A stretch of 52,254 nucleotides of DNA, filler included, from Sphacelaria rigidula (lineage: Eukaryota), in NCBI GenBank assembly GCA_964200075.2. It is 4 parts of 4 records of this genome, joined end to end, with 100 filler letters (N's around TTAATTAATTAA, not from the genome) between each part and the next. Parts side by side here need not be neighbours in the genome. Positions count along the whole stretch, not along the records: positions 26,185 to 39,171 come from CAXNAA020003246.1; positions 39,272 to 52,254 come from CAXNAA020003247.1; 2 more parts are not named here. One strand, written 5' to 3'. The position numbers and the translations under genes are program-made. Every line of letters begins with the position of its first letter. The first letter of the stretch is position 1. Of this stretch, positions 26,768-40,370 are shown piece by piece. Under the pieces are notes generated by a model, which was not told the DNA's origin, made no database searches, and saw only the letters and a list, made by a program, of their open reading frames with translations.

Positions 26768-26968
26768 CAAGGGCAGGTCGAGTAGAGTATACTCGATTGC
26801 GGAGTGCTTTGAAAGTCGTACTTGAAGTACACAGATGGGGGTAGAGGTTTAGGGGTCGCTTTCCAGTTTTTCTTGGGGTACGACTCCCAACACTTTACCC
26901 CAATTTGAGTACTTGGGGTACGGTGAAAATACCCCGCAATTGAGTGTACCCTACTCGACCTGCCCTTG
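26768..26968. mobile_element. 201 bp MITE with ~38 bp TIRs and an 8 bp TSD (hAT-like)
   Basis: TIR CAAGGGCAGGTCGAGTAG(A/G)GTA(T/C)ACTC(G/A)ATTGCGG at both ends; flanks AAAACCTC (26760-26767) and GAAACCTC (26969-26976). Confidence 0.82.
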
Positions 26969-27159
26969 GAAACCTCCGGTGACTGTCAGACAAAAGACAG
27001 AACAATATTTCCGAGAAATATTGTTGGCAGTTTTCGGTCCAACTCTAGACCTCGCCCATCCCCGAAAAACAAATTTCATCCCCAAATTGTAAGATTCTGT
27101 GTTTCCCGCCAGATTTGGGACTGGCTGCTGTACAACTTTGTCTGACAATGTTTGCGTGA

Positions 27160-27445
27160 AATTGAGAGTGGATGATACGTTTGAGAGTGAAGAGCGGTCG
27201 ATTAGTGAGTGAATTGTTTCAGTTTTGAAATGCCCCTCCACTGTCCCTCCACTAGGCCCGATATGCTTTTTGCAGTGTCAGGGGCCACTGAGGCCCTCAA
27301 AATCCCCGAGTAGCATATCGACGTGTAGCTGTGGGCACACGCCACTGACTCATGCGAAGAAAAGCACAGACGGAATGAAAAAATGGCCGAGTTAAATCGA
27401 ATGACCAAAGCCACTCACAGTCAGCGCTCTACTCTCGATCTTACG
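27160..27445. repeat. ~280 bp dispersed repeat, also present inverted at ~48280-48545
   Basis: The reverse complement shares CAGCT.CACGTCGATAT.CTACTC, AAAGC.TATCGGGC, GAGGGGCATTTC and CACTCTCAA.CGTATC in the same order. Confidence 0.72.
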
Positions 27446-30348
27446 GAAATATTCGTTCATCGGCAAGCATCTCGAGGAATACCCGGGTATTTACTTCACC
27501 CCAGTTTTGGGAAGTCGGGTACGAACTTGAGTACGTTACCCAAATTTTAGCCAGGTTGGGTACAAACTTGAATACCTTTGCTCAAACTTTGGGTGGCTTG
27601 GGTACGGCCTCGGCAATACCTGGGTTCGGGGAGTCACTTGGGTATGAACTCAATACTCTACCCGAAATTTGGGTCGTTTGGGTATGATTCTTATACGTTA
27701 CCCAAATTCTGGGTAGATCAGGTACGATTTCAATACCCTACCCTACTGTTTGGGTACAACAGTATGACTTTCAATGTACAGAGCATCGGGCACACCCTAC
27801 CCGACTTGCCTTTGAAAAAGTGCACCCCTACCATGGAATCACCCGTATCACATCAAGAAGCGGCTAATTGCAGGTATTATCTTTGCATGTCGCTATAATA
27901 GCAGCATCAGCCTACGTCGTCTGATTGGATTCTTCCACATCCCACCAAATGACAACAAATATACACTTTTGACTGCCGAGCGACCAGACCAAAAAAAAGG
28001 TACTCAAGGACCTACATGTGGCCCACCTGGAGACATGATATGTCGCATTCCGCTCTATTCATGGTACAATCCCCCACGTAACAAAAAAACGAGAGGACAA
28101 AACCCAAGCATCAATCCAGTTTTTGAGTTATCATGTTCATGTTGACATCATGTATGAATGTATGTCGGGTGTTCACTGTAACAACAGCACCACCAACCCG
28201 CGCAAAGTAAAGCAGATGTGCTTGCTTCGTTCCATCGCAAACTCATCAACCCTTTCGTCATCAGACGGGCACCCGAGTCTGGCATTCACTGTTCAAGCGA
28301 TTGTATGCCGATTGAACGGGTGGACACACCAGGGGCAACAAAGGGTAAAACGTCAGTCCAACGGTAATCTCAACGGACATACAGGTCGCAGGCCTAACAA
28401 AAACAATAACACATCGTTAGCATGTGACTAGTCAAGCCATCTAGCTCAGAAGCTACGGTCAAGCTGAACCCCCCCCCCATCCCCCGCCACCCTCCACCCC
28501 CGTTACTCCTTCCACCCGCCCTCGACCTGCCACTAATCCCGCCTCCCAACCCGACCCAGTATATTCTTCGTGTATTTCCTACAAAAATAACAGCCCCTGG
28601 CGAAAAGCCCTGCAACGACACCACGAACCCTAACTAGTAAAACAGATTACACCCGTTTCCATCCAGCCCCTGCACTCCTCAGTTCTCTTCCCCTCCCGGC
28701 TTCCCCTTTCGCCCTCGCTCCTTCTGGCGAGGGGTGGGGGGCACCAGTTCGGGGGTTCGGGGAGGGGTGTGGGGCTGCCGGCCGGGGGGAGAGGGGCAGG
28801 AGGCAGCATGTTCACGTTTCAAAGTCATCATTTGCAGAAACTGGACACAAGCAGCTATTGTTCCAAGGACATCAAGATAGTTTTCATTCATACCTGCATC
28901 GTCAGTCCAAACTACAACGAGCGACCAGTTCGGACGGGCATGTTTGATGCGACTACGCGAAGGGACAGTTTGGACGATGACGGAGAACACGCCACAACGG
29001 CGGCCCCATAGTGTAGATGGAGGAGAACAGAGGCACGTTGTTGCTGATATGGCAAATCAGGAAACTGCGTGCCACTTTCTCCTCGTCTCTACAGTCACTT
29101 TCCCCCTTGTTCGCTGTTTAGGCAAACCCAGTCCGGTGCCAATACTTCAATTTCGCCCCAGCCGAGGTGAGCAAACCATACGAGACGCATAAGTGTATTT
29201 TGCCGAGTCGGACGATAAAACGCTCCAATATCCCGAACCAACGCCATACCGGCCAAGAAACAACATGCCCATGATCCCTCGTCAGAAGCACAAACGAAGT
29301 TCTGACTCCAAACCCAAACCTGTAGTGTCATTCACGCGAACCTGCCCGCGGGGAAGGGGGAGTTTACTGCAAAAATAATCACATAAAAGAAACAGAAACG
29401 AAAAAACACGCACATGCATGCACACACTGAACACCACATGAGGGTGAAAGCGCGCTCTTGGCTAGACCGTCGTGACAAATCTGCAACATGAACGAACGAA
29501 CGTGACGCGGCGCACACAGCTGGCACCAAAAAGGATGGAAAAAAAAATCCCGCGGTATAGTAGAGGTCAGGTGCGGGACATTATTTTCCTTTGAGCGCAG
29601 TCTTCGCCATCCACTCAGCCATGGCCATCTACGCTCCGCACCCTCCTCCGCCAACGTCATGGCCCCGCTCATCCCCCCCGTGTGTCCACGAAAAAGCCGT
29701 ACCACAGCACGCAGTCATCTCAAAACCCAAACTCCGAGCGCTATCGATCATCGAAATGCATGCTCGTGTTTCGTGAATAACTGGCGCGTGCCATCAAGTC
29801 GCCACCTCTACATTTCTTCATTGCCGTTCGTTGTTGGAGAGCAAACTCCGCTCTCTCCCCTGCCCCCTCTTCCCCCCTCCCCCTTACTCTCTCGTCAACC
29901 TCGCCTGCGCTTGCGCTGCACCGTCGTCTGCGTTCGCTGTAACATTTCCCCCTGCCGTGCCCCCGAAGCTTGCCCGTTTTGTAGACTTTACCACGACTGC
30001 GTCCTGCACAAGAGTAACAAAAACGACGCTAGAGTCGAGCACTAACCAACCCCGGACATGTGTTTGCTCCAAGTATTCAAACTCCAAGCAGCGGCAGCGT
30101 CAACACGGCCGTAGATTCAAACTCCAAGCAGCCGGCAGCGTCCCCAAAACCGTAGATGCTGATGCCTTCCTTTTATTCGCACGAAATTGATCCCCCACCA
30201 GCACCAAGCAGCAACCCACAGTAGAAGGAGCATGCCGCCTGACCCTGCCTCTCCCCCCCCCTTCCTCCGATACCCTACCCGTCCATACCTTCCCCGTTGA
30301 CAAAAGGATCAATCCATCAGATCAATCAGATCCCCCAAATCAATCACA

Positions 30349-30477
30349 TCAACGCCTTCCGGCGTTGGTCGGTCCCCTGGGAGGTGTAACGGGTCTGGCC
30401 GTGCCTGGCGTTGCGCCCCCCTGCTGATTCACCCCCGCGTAGTTGAATCGTTGTCTCTTTTCCGCCGGCTTGAGGAT
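30349..30477 (-). CDS. PP1: PP1 catalytic subunit, last coding exon with stop
   Basis: ILKPAEKRQRFNYAGVNQQGGATPGTARPVTPPRGPTNAGRR*; completes the conserved SFQ|ILKP; polypyrimidine tract and CAG acceptor. Confidence 0.93.
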   Translation of the reverse strand: MLKPAEKRQRFNYAGVNQQGGATPGTARPVTPPRGPTNAGRR

Positions 30478-31813
30478 CTGGCACAACAGGAAAGCAAAAG
30501 AAGTCACGAAAAAAAAGGGAAACGGACTCCACTTCACTTCAGTTTTGATCTCATGCTAAGTAATGACGGGATCGGGTGCTGTGTTCCTTTCGAATTGGCC
30601 ATCCGTTTGTTCTCACAGTTTGCCGACGTATCTCTGCGTGTGCGCGAGGGTGCTCGTGAACCGACATGAGAACGCAACGAGAGGGACTGGATTCCATTTG
30701 TGGGTGCGTGTATGCTTACGATCCCGGACCATGCTCAACCGACCAACAGTGTAAGATAACTTGAGCGCATCGTCCGCACACCCAAACAACGAGCACTACA
30801 GTGCGTCCTCAGCAGCAAAACGTCGTGCGACTGGCGAAATCATGCTCACTGAGCGAAAAATCGCACATGAACGTATCTCACAATCGTCCACCATAAGGTG
30901 CTTGGAGGTGTACACACCTACAACGTGATCCACATGGAAAGTTGATGCTAACCGCCGTTCAACATAGCACATGAGGGTTTTCGTCCGCGCTCAGCACAGC
31001 ACGTGCTTTACAGAGCAGCGCATGCACACGTAGAGCATAAGAGTGGCGCGCATCCTCCTGATTTTCCTGGGATTCCGTAATCTCCGTCCACCCGAGAGAA
31101 TCGCTCTCTATTCTAGGGAACCGGGTCTTGCTTTCAAATGTATCCACAAACTTGGACTCAACAATTCCGGCACGGACACGGCCTCAACAGCAGTCACTCT
31201 CCGGCGGAAGCCTAGTATCCTCATTTTACATCAATGGTAGGGCATCTGTTATAGGAAAAGTGTCGAAAAAAACAGGCGGCATGACTGTCAAACACGACTG
31301 AGACAACATCATCATGAGCAACCCGCAACCTAGTATATGGGAGCATATATCGCCCCTCCTCGAAACAGCACGGCGAACACTCGTACGAAGTACTTCGACA
31401 TTCCTCCATGAAAAAACATTCACCACACTACATATTTGACCCAAAAAAGCGTACACCGGAGTGTTCCGCTCAAGCTTGCATCATGGCAGGCGTACTACAC
31501 GACAGTGCAACGCACCCTTGCCATCAACATGACCGCCACAATTGTACACGTACAACCAAGCAGGAACAAGAGCAAGACGACTCAACGCAAGAGTATGCAA
31601 CCGACCCAGAGACGGCGCAGGAGTATACCGTCCGCTTTGCTCCAAAGAATGCATAGCACAGCGACAAAGCTAACAAGACGAAACAGGGACTGGGGCAACA
31701 AAAAAAAAGTGAGCAGCGCAGCTGCAACCCTAGGGAGCAACATTGAAGCAAGCTCTTTGAAACCTTTTGGGACTCAAGCTCAGCAACAAGGGGTTGACCA
31801 CGTTTTAGTAAAA

Positions 31814-32904
31814 TTACACTTCCTCTCGGCCATTAGATAAGCTCACTTTCGAAAGACCATAAGATAAGCTCACTTGGTTGTATTGCGATAACTCAGCCAA
31901 ACAGATGTGTTTGACCGTCCAACCGCCAGCATATGTTCTACATATGGCTGGCATCATTAAAAAAATTATAAGGGGATGACGAGTTATCGTCCCGGCGTGA
32001 AAACAGCACAAAGTGAGCTTATCTAATGGGCCTTTTCGCAGGAGGACACCGGTTTTCGCAGAAATTTGCGCCAATGTGAGCTTCATTCGCCGACAACAGC
32101 GGAACTTGCACCACGTTTTAGTAAAATTACACTTCCTCTCGGCCATTAGATAAGCTCAGTTTCAAAAGACCATAAGATAAGCTCACTTTCAAAAGACCAT
32201 AAGATAAGCTCACTTGGTTGTATTGCGATAACTCAGCCAAACAGATGTGTTTGACCGTCCAACCGCCAGCATATGTTCTACATATGGCTGGCATGACATT
32301 AAAAAAAATTATACGGGGATGACGAGTTATCGTCCCGGCGTGAAAACAGCACGAAGTGAGCTTATCTAATGGGCCTTTTCGCAGGAGGACACCGGTTCTC
32401 GCAGAAATTTGCGCCAATGTGAGCATCATTCGCCGACAACAGCGGAACTTGCACCAACCGCACTAACAGCAGCCTGGTTCATCGACATGATCTGCACAGC
32501 TCATGAAGGAGGTCCGCAGGGTGTCCTCGCTTGTTGACGTCTGCCGCCTGATGAGGTGCTGACTGCTGTGTGCTCAAATAAGGCTGTGGTGGTCCGATTT
32601 TCAAAAACAACGGTTTCGGGAGATTCTCCAAAACGCCTATAAAAACATTAGCAGAACCGTTTTTCCAAAAATTGATGGGAAGGCTGTCAGCCGGTAGATT
32701 CGTTTTGCGCGACCGACACCCTCTGGTTGCCGTGAGTGTAGGTGAATATGTTTTGGGGGCTCAGCGAAGACCTCGTTTTTGAGCTCCTCTCCAAAACTTC
32801 ACGAGTGCAGCAAAAAAAACACGGTTGACGAAGTCGGATACAGGCAGGAGCTATACCGCAAAACCTGAAAGTGAGCTTATCTAATGGCCGAGAGGAAGTA
32901 GTAA
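31814..32904. mobile_element. Non-autonomous TIR element in the last PP1 intron, with its left end tandemly duplicated (313 bp offset)
   Basis: ACTTCCTCTCGGCCATTAGATAAGCTCACTTT at ~31818 and ~32131, inverted at ~32868-32899; internal CCAT(T/A)AGATAAGCTCAC subterminal repeats. Confidence 0.78.
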
Positions 32905-33405
32905 ACCAGTCTGGGAGCGACCTGCCCTATCAGAGCGAAGCGGAATTTATCGACCAGTTTCGAACGACCAGTGGGGGGGCCTGTCGCCGGGAGTAATGTC
33001 ACTGCCAAGTTGGTGTGTATACCCTGTCCCTGGCCCACAAAAAAGGCTTCAAAGAAAAAAATCAGGGTCGGGGCTCGGTTTCCCGATTTTTCATCATTTA
33101 CTTGCATTTTATACAGGTCCGACCTCCACTACCCCGGGTTTTTAGGGGCCGCCATCCTGTAGTAAAACCTAGTTGATTGTACCATCACATGGTGCTCGGG
33201 GGAAATCCTGTTGAAAGCTTTCCACGGTGACTCATACTGCTTGATACACCTGTACATTACCTGATGCGCACAATACCCGTATTATAGTACAGACAGTTTG
33301 TACCTGCACCTGTAAGTAAATTGGATGGAACTTTCGGTCTTCCTCTAATCTAACCCTGCGGTTACATACATACGTGGATCGTAGCAACATGAAGCCACTG
33401 TTTCA

Positions 33406-33639
<234 letters not shown>

Positions 33640-34573
33640 CTAACGTCCAAATGAGCATCAAGAGGTCACGAAGCAAAAAAGCGACCGCCTGACGACGTCA
33701 GTATCACCATCTTCCAAGTACTCTTGATTTCGAGTCGGTTTTGCACGGAGGCCGCTCAACATCGTGTCCAGGCCCTCAGTATGTCAACACCAACGTTTCC
33801 CGTAACAGGCGTTCCCTCACAAGAACACGTCTCAGTGAGCCTCCCATTGAATAGCCGTACTCAACTATGACGTATCCAGCCGCAACACTCCAAGTTTACA
33901 GTCACTTTACAAACGTAGTAGAGGGTGTACTCATGATCATGCATGACACAGTCAGAGGACTAAACGTAGTAGGGGGAAGGTCTTTTGGCACAACAACATC
34001 CCTGCGCTGGAACACTAGAGGGACACAGCCAGGTAAACATACCATGCCACTTTCAAAAACGTTCCAGATATGGGGGAGAGGCGGGGCGTCAACCGGTGGG
34101 ATGGCCATCAACCTCCTTTTACCGTCGCGCCTCGGAGTTCCGACTTGTCCGTCGCCTTTACTTCGAACAAATTTTATGGGTTCCAACTCGGACAACACGT
34201 GTTTATTCTTTAATCGTTCAAAAACGGGCGCGAGAGAGGTGGCACAACAATTCGGCTCAAGTCCGTAGATTGCGAGAGTGCTGATCCAATGCACGACATA
34301 CAAAAGGTGGGATATGAACCGTGGAAGAGATGGGGTGATCCCTTGCGCCGAAGGACTTGTGCCGAGGAACGGGAGAGGACAAACAAGTATGTCAAGAAAG
34401 AGACAAAAGACTAAATTCAAGTGCCAAGCAAGTGTTCGGTGCGAAAAGGGCTGATTCCGTGAGACTATGAAGTAGTCGCGAGAAAGGTGAGGGCGAGGCA
34501 AGTACCCTACTATATAAAAAAGAAGCTGATTCCTTCCGCTCCTCCCTTTACTCCTGCAGTAAGCGACGCTCAC

Positions 34574-34725
34574 CTGGTGGGCTCGGCAGATAAGGTCAAG
34601 ATCGTGTCTCCGGAGGAACTGTACCACGATGTCCTCGCCAAACGTAAATGACACCCCTCGATCGTTTTCACCCCACCCAATAATATCGCGGTCCGGGTCT
34701 GACCACAGCAGGTCGCATAATAGCC
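34574..34725 (-). CDS. PP1: PP1 catalytic subunit exon
   Basis: [50 protein letters not shown]. Confidence 0.97.
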
Positions 34726-35163
34726 CTGACGGGGGAAAATCGACATGAAAAAAAACGATTGCTGAGGAAAAGAGCAAGACGCGCTTCACTGTTGAGGGTA
34801 CCAACTCATGGGGCAACAAACTACTGTTGATGCGGTATTTTGTGCCGACCTCACACGGACATCGAAATGAACTGCACGTTTCAGTGTGATGCTTTTTGGA
34901 TATTCTTGATTCATATGTCGAATATAATAATGGGAATCCCACCACAATAGGGACTCCCGTGAAGCATCCGTCCCACATTTCACTACATAGCGTACCACCA
35001 TTTCGGCAGGATAACCGATATCACAAGGTACTGCATTGCGTTGTAAATCGCTTCGAAATACGAGCGACTACCATGGCTACGTGACTGTACACTCTCCATG
35101 TCTCCGGCATCTTCCAGAGCCATGCCACCAGCCTCCAATCGAAATCACAAAAAATCAACCCAC

Positions 35164-35340
35164 CCGTGTCCGGCACGTCGGTGGGCCTTAGCACGCGCTT
35201 GATCTGCTCCATGTCGTTGAGCTCGGGGCTGAGTCCACCGTGCATGCAGAATATCTTCTCGTCCACGATGGCCGCTACCGGTAGACAGTTGAAGCAATCG
35301 GTGAACGTTTTCCACAGCTTGATGTTGTACCGGCGTTTGC
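35164..35340 (-). CDS. PP1: PP1 catalytic subunit exon
   Basis: (C)[58 protein letters not shown](G). Confidence 0.97.
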
Positions 35341-35852
35341 CTGTGTAAGAGTAGTTTTCGTTTGTAATTCATTGACCGGCAGTTGGTCGGTCAGTGGCGA
35401 GCAAATAAATGCCCAAGGAAAAAATGAAGAAAAAAAAATACCATCGACGACACGCCGGTGCCGCCGCACAAAAGAGAGCTCAAATGATCGATACCTTGGG
35501 CTTCCCCGTGTAAATCATCGGCGGGCACAATATAGGGTACATAAAGACTTCACTACAGCGAGGTCGAAACATGCGACGGTTATCGGTTGCCCTACAGAAG
35601 AGCATCGTGCGGAGCGACTGCATCAGCGCCCATGTCTCGTGCTGACTTCACGTGTCAGCGGTACAGCGTCACATGTTTTTTTGAGTTCCGCTCCTCTAGA
35701 AAGCCAGTTGGGGGTACTTGTACACCGAAACGGCGGCGAATGTGCAAAGCTCGACAGATTTCGTTCACAAAACCGAGCATGGCAGATATCAATAAAGAAA
35801 ACCCTCGACGTCGGTTCTTCTCTGCCCAGCCCCAGGCGTCCTCTATACGTCA

Positions 35853-36272
<420 letters not shown>

Positions 36273-38404
36273 CTACTGAAAACGCGCACTTGGTATATAC
36301 ACCTACAGGCTGCTTCACGGAAAAAAAATATATCCCGTCATCAGCAAATGCCTTCTGCAATACGCACCCAATAGTCGCATACATGCTATCATACTGACCG
36401 CAATAAACGGACAAAGAGGGTGACATAGCCGGATTTTTTTTCAAAGGCTATAGCGGTGGCGCTATGGACAAAAATATGTCTCGACCAATCAGCGTCATCC
36501 AAACTGTTCGGAAATTGAACATATGAATTCCAAGCCCAACTTCCACCGAATCTTCACATGCTTCAAATCGTAGTGACCGTTATCACCCCAAGAATCTAAT
36601 GGGAGAAACGGATTCGAAAACGGTTCCAACGGAGTCGAATTATACCCGAAACCGTAAAGTTTCGGTGATGACGAGTTTGACGTATGAGACGTAGGAAAGA
36701 CCCAGGAAGCCTCGTGACGATTTCCCTTGTATCTGTTGTAGAAAAGCTCAGATCATCCTCAAACTTGGCATTTCCGTAGATATTGACGCTCCAGGTGGAA
36801 AAATTGTGTTCTTCGAAAGGGTTCAAAATTTCTCCGCTCTCTACCGGCTTCCGAGGGTCCGAGTACGAAGACCCCCGAAAGGCGGTACAGAATGACTCAA
36901 AAGAAAAAGTAATGACATGATGCGTCCCAGGATGGTCCAAGGAACTCATGTACAAGTTTTGGTGGAGAAACTCAAAAATCTCATACAGTTTTTCCTGCCT
37001 TGACGTAAAATTCACTCTAACAGATGTGTTCATACTCAAACCAAGTACTTAGGAATTTGCACGTTTAAAGCTCACATCCTCGCACAAACGCGCAAATCTT
37101 CACATTCACTAGGAGTTAAAGCCTGAAATTTTGCACTAATATGCTATGAATCATTACGCAGGTTTCGATCAACGAGGTTTCTCTACTTCTTGGGGGGGGG
37201 TTTTCCCGTTTTTAAGGGATCCGACGGGATCCAAGTCGTTTTTTCGAAGTATTCCAATATGGGACCCCCGAAACCCGGCACTACAGTATTTTTTTCATTT
37301 TTTTCGCGAACGCTCTGCCAACGCAACACCCAAGGAAGAACCCCACGAAGTTTCGTGGCCATCCTCGATTAACTGATGCTTGAATTTTCATGTTCCACGT
37401 CGAAAAAGGCCCGAAAACGCTATTTTCACACTAAACTCTACTAGTTTGCCGTTTCACCGTGGCACGGCAAGGTTCATCGCACAAACGCGAAAAACTTCAC
37501 GCCGTTTTAAGGAGTTAGACCCTGAAATTTTGCACAGGTGTTCAATGGGTCATCATGCAACTTCTTCATTTTTTATTTCTGTACCGTTTTATGGGAGTCC
37601 GACTGGATCGAAATTTTCCCGACAAAACTGGGACCCGGAAAAACGGTAAAAAAGTCCAAAAGTAAAAAAACCTCGTCCTTGCAAGGTTGCGTAATGACCC
37701 GAAGAACACCTGTGCAAAATTTCAACCTGGAGAATGGTAAGAGAGCCACATAAGCTCATTTTTTCCATTTATTCTGCACATACAGGTGGTTTGAATGGGA
37801 ACACACAGTGGTCATACCAATCTTAAGCCACGTTTTGTACCACACTTTACAGCAGCACAGCACCGAAGACCCAAGAAACAACCATCACCCGCCCCACCCT
37901 GCAGACTGCAACGGTCCACCCAAGGCATTCCTCGAATGGCCAGAGAAACACCCGCACACGGAGAAGCTACACATTCTCGGCATGATCGGTGTGGGGCGAC
38001 GGGTAAAGATTGTTACACGTGCAGGGACAAGGATAAGCCGTGAACACGACTTCATTCCTCAGTGATCAATTCTCCCTGTGTACAAAGCTGCTCCTACGGT
38101 AACGGTATCCTCGAGAGAGGGTGGAAAATTGGCATTTCCGTGTGAGGAGAAAATGAATTAGGAATGCAGCCAGTGCAATCATCACCACTGGCGACACACC
38201 ACAGCGGAAGCTACTGTTGTAATAATACTATTTGAATTATATTATTCGGCAATCTCCTGACTTCCACGACAAAATAAAGACAATGTTATTCCCATCATTC
38301 GTTGTAGACACCACTACCCCACGATGAAACGTCGATCTGTTAGTATCGACCGTCTCTCGGCACTAGAAACACAAAATAGCGAAATTAACCAGCATCTGAA
38401 CTCA

Positions 38405-38494
<90 letters not shown>

Positions 38495-38564
38495 TCACCA
38501 ACAAAACAATAGCAAAATGGAGCAAAACACACGCAATACAACACATCCGAACGGGGAGGGGGGC

Positions 38565-39070
38565 GGGGGTGTACTCGTGATCCTGAATGCCGTAGTCCAT
38601 AAAACATGACCTCGCATCCCTACAAAGCAGGGACAGAGCACGCTGGGTTTTCGCCGGACCAGGCCCGCAATCGATCACAAGGCGCGAAGCGCCGTGACGT
38701 ATTCGGCGAGTCGGATGAAAGGTCAGCTGCATCCTGCTAAGATTGTTCGGCCCGAAGCGTACTCATTATGTTGCACATGGATAACAGCCTCCAATGAGTT
38801 GCTTGGTCTTTTAGTATCGTCACTTCTACGGACAGCCACGGGTTATACACCGCATCATGGGTGTCTCATTACTTCAACATTACGTAGTATGACCATCCCC
38901 TTCGCGTAGAATGGAGGTTCTCCCACCCCTACAAGATTATCTACGTTGACCACTATCATGATTACCGCGAAAAAAACGCAAGCGCGCATGAACAAATGGC
39001 AACCTGGTTGCCTAGCTTGCGCAGTGAGGGGCGTGTTTTACAGCGTTATATTACCACCCGACGCCAACTC
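38565..39070 (+). mobile_element. Full-length copy of the same ~500 bp dispersed element
   Basis: Collinear with 14110-14615 from the G-rich start to the C-rich end. Confidence 0.8.
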
Positions 39071-39171
39071 CTCAGAGGGCGGGGGGGGGGGGGGGGGGAG
39101 ACACAAAAGAGAACTGTCCGGACAAAGGGGACAAGTAGCGAGAGAACGGGAGGGGCAGGTAGGGATACTAT

Positions 39172-39271
39172 NNNNNNNNNNNNNNNNNNNNNNNNNNNNN
39201 NNNNNNNNNNNNNNNTTAATTAATTAANNNNNNNNNNNNNNNNNNNNNNNNNNNNNNNNNNNNNNNNNNNN
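39172..39271. other. Artificial contig linker (44 N + TTAATTAATTAA + 44 N)
   Basis: Same 100-nt structure as 12994-13093. Confidence 0.97.
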
Positions 39272-40180
39272 GTCATTTGACCATTGACCACGCATCCCTT
39301 TCGAGACGTGCACTTTTTTTGGGGGGGGGGGGGGGGTGAAAAGGTATACAACGCCAAACAGGAAATGTGCGGCCTGCCGGTGCATACCCCTGTACCCATT
39401 CTTCATTCCACTATAGCGTGTGATGAACGCGGGTTAGTGGCGAGCCGGAAGTGTAGCTGTATTCCAACCGCGCCCCAGTTGTCTATTAGTATATTACACC
39501 AGTCGGTCGGGCAAATACGAGTTCGGTTCACGGCAAAGGCATTCTTTGTCTATTCCGAGAAGTATCTGATTTTCGCCGTTGAAAATGTGAAAGCGGGAGT
39601 AAGTGAAATAGCTCATTTGACGAGCGTCGACGCCGTGCGACCAGTGCTGGTCATGATCCAATCCGCTTTACCAAGTTGCACGGCTAGCACCAGGGGAGAT
39701 GGGTCAATACTTGGACATCACGAACACGTCCGGAGGAAGAGGAGGGGTTTTGACATCATGACAGAATAACAGAAGACAACGGACCCCGGTTGCACCAACA
39801 GGACGCTGGTTTAGCGTTGTCAGGACATGGTGATGACATGTTCGGTGTCATCACGATTGCACATTCCATGCCATGGCCGGTTCTGGCCTTGGCCTTCGCG
39901 TCCACCCGCTTTTTTCGGATCGTTTTTCGCTATAGGATACGGTCGTGCAGAGAGATAGCGCTGTACAAGCCACAGTAGATCCTCCTGTTTTGGTTTCCGC
40001 TAAGAACCGGAAAAGATCCAGTGGATTGTGACGGTCAACGTATATGCCACTTTCCCTCGATGGAGTTCCGCCCCGTTGTTCCGCTCGAGTTTGATTGACT
40101 ATTTGAATTAACAAATCGGACACGCCCGTTTTCATTGAGTTTTTTTGTGTTGACAAGTCCGTCCGTTTCGGTCGGGTGTG

Positions 40181-40216
<36 letters not shown>

Positions 40217-40235
40217 TGGTGATTCAATCGAGCAG

Positions 40236-40370
40236 CTATTTGAACAAGGCAGAGCGACGCTGGAGTGCCGAGGAATTCAACAACGATCCTCCGTTCCCGG
40301 CGCTGCGCGTGAGAGCGAGGAAGCAGATTGTGGCCGACGGCTTGTCGAAACCGCTGGAATGGTCGGACGG
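40236..40370 (+). CDS. trhO: TrhO/YceA (UPF0176) tRNA U34 hydroxylase-like protein, first exon present (5' exons not found in the contig)
   Basis: YLNKAERRWSAEEFNNDPPFPALRVRARKQIVADGLSKPLEWSD(G) matches the family motif 'pF..Lrvkvr..IVadGl'; CAG/GTGAG. Confidence 0.82.

Noticed and set aside
33902-34978. 358 aa ORF as a novel protein
   Set aside because: It is intron read-through around one real PP1 exon (34574-34725).
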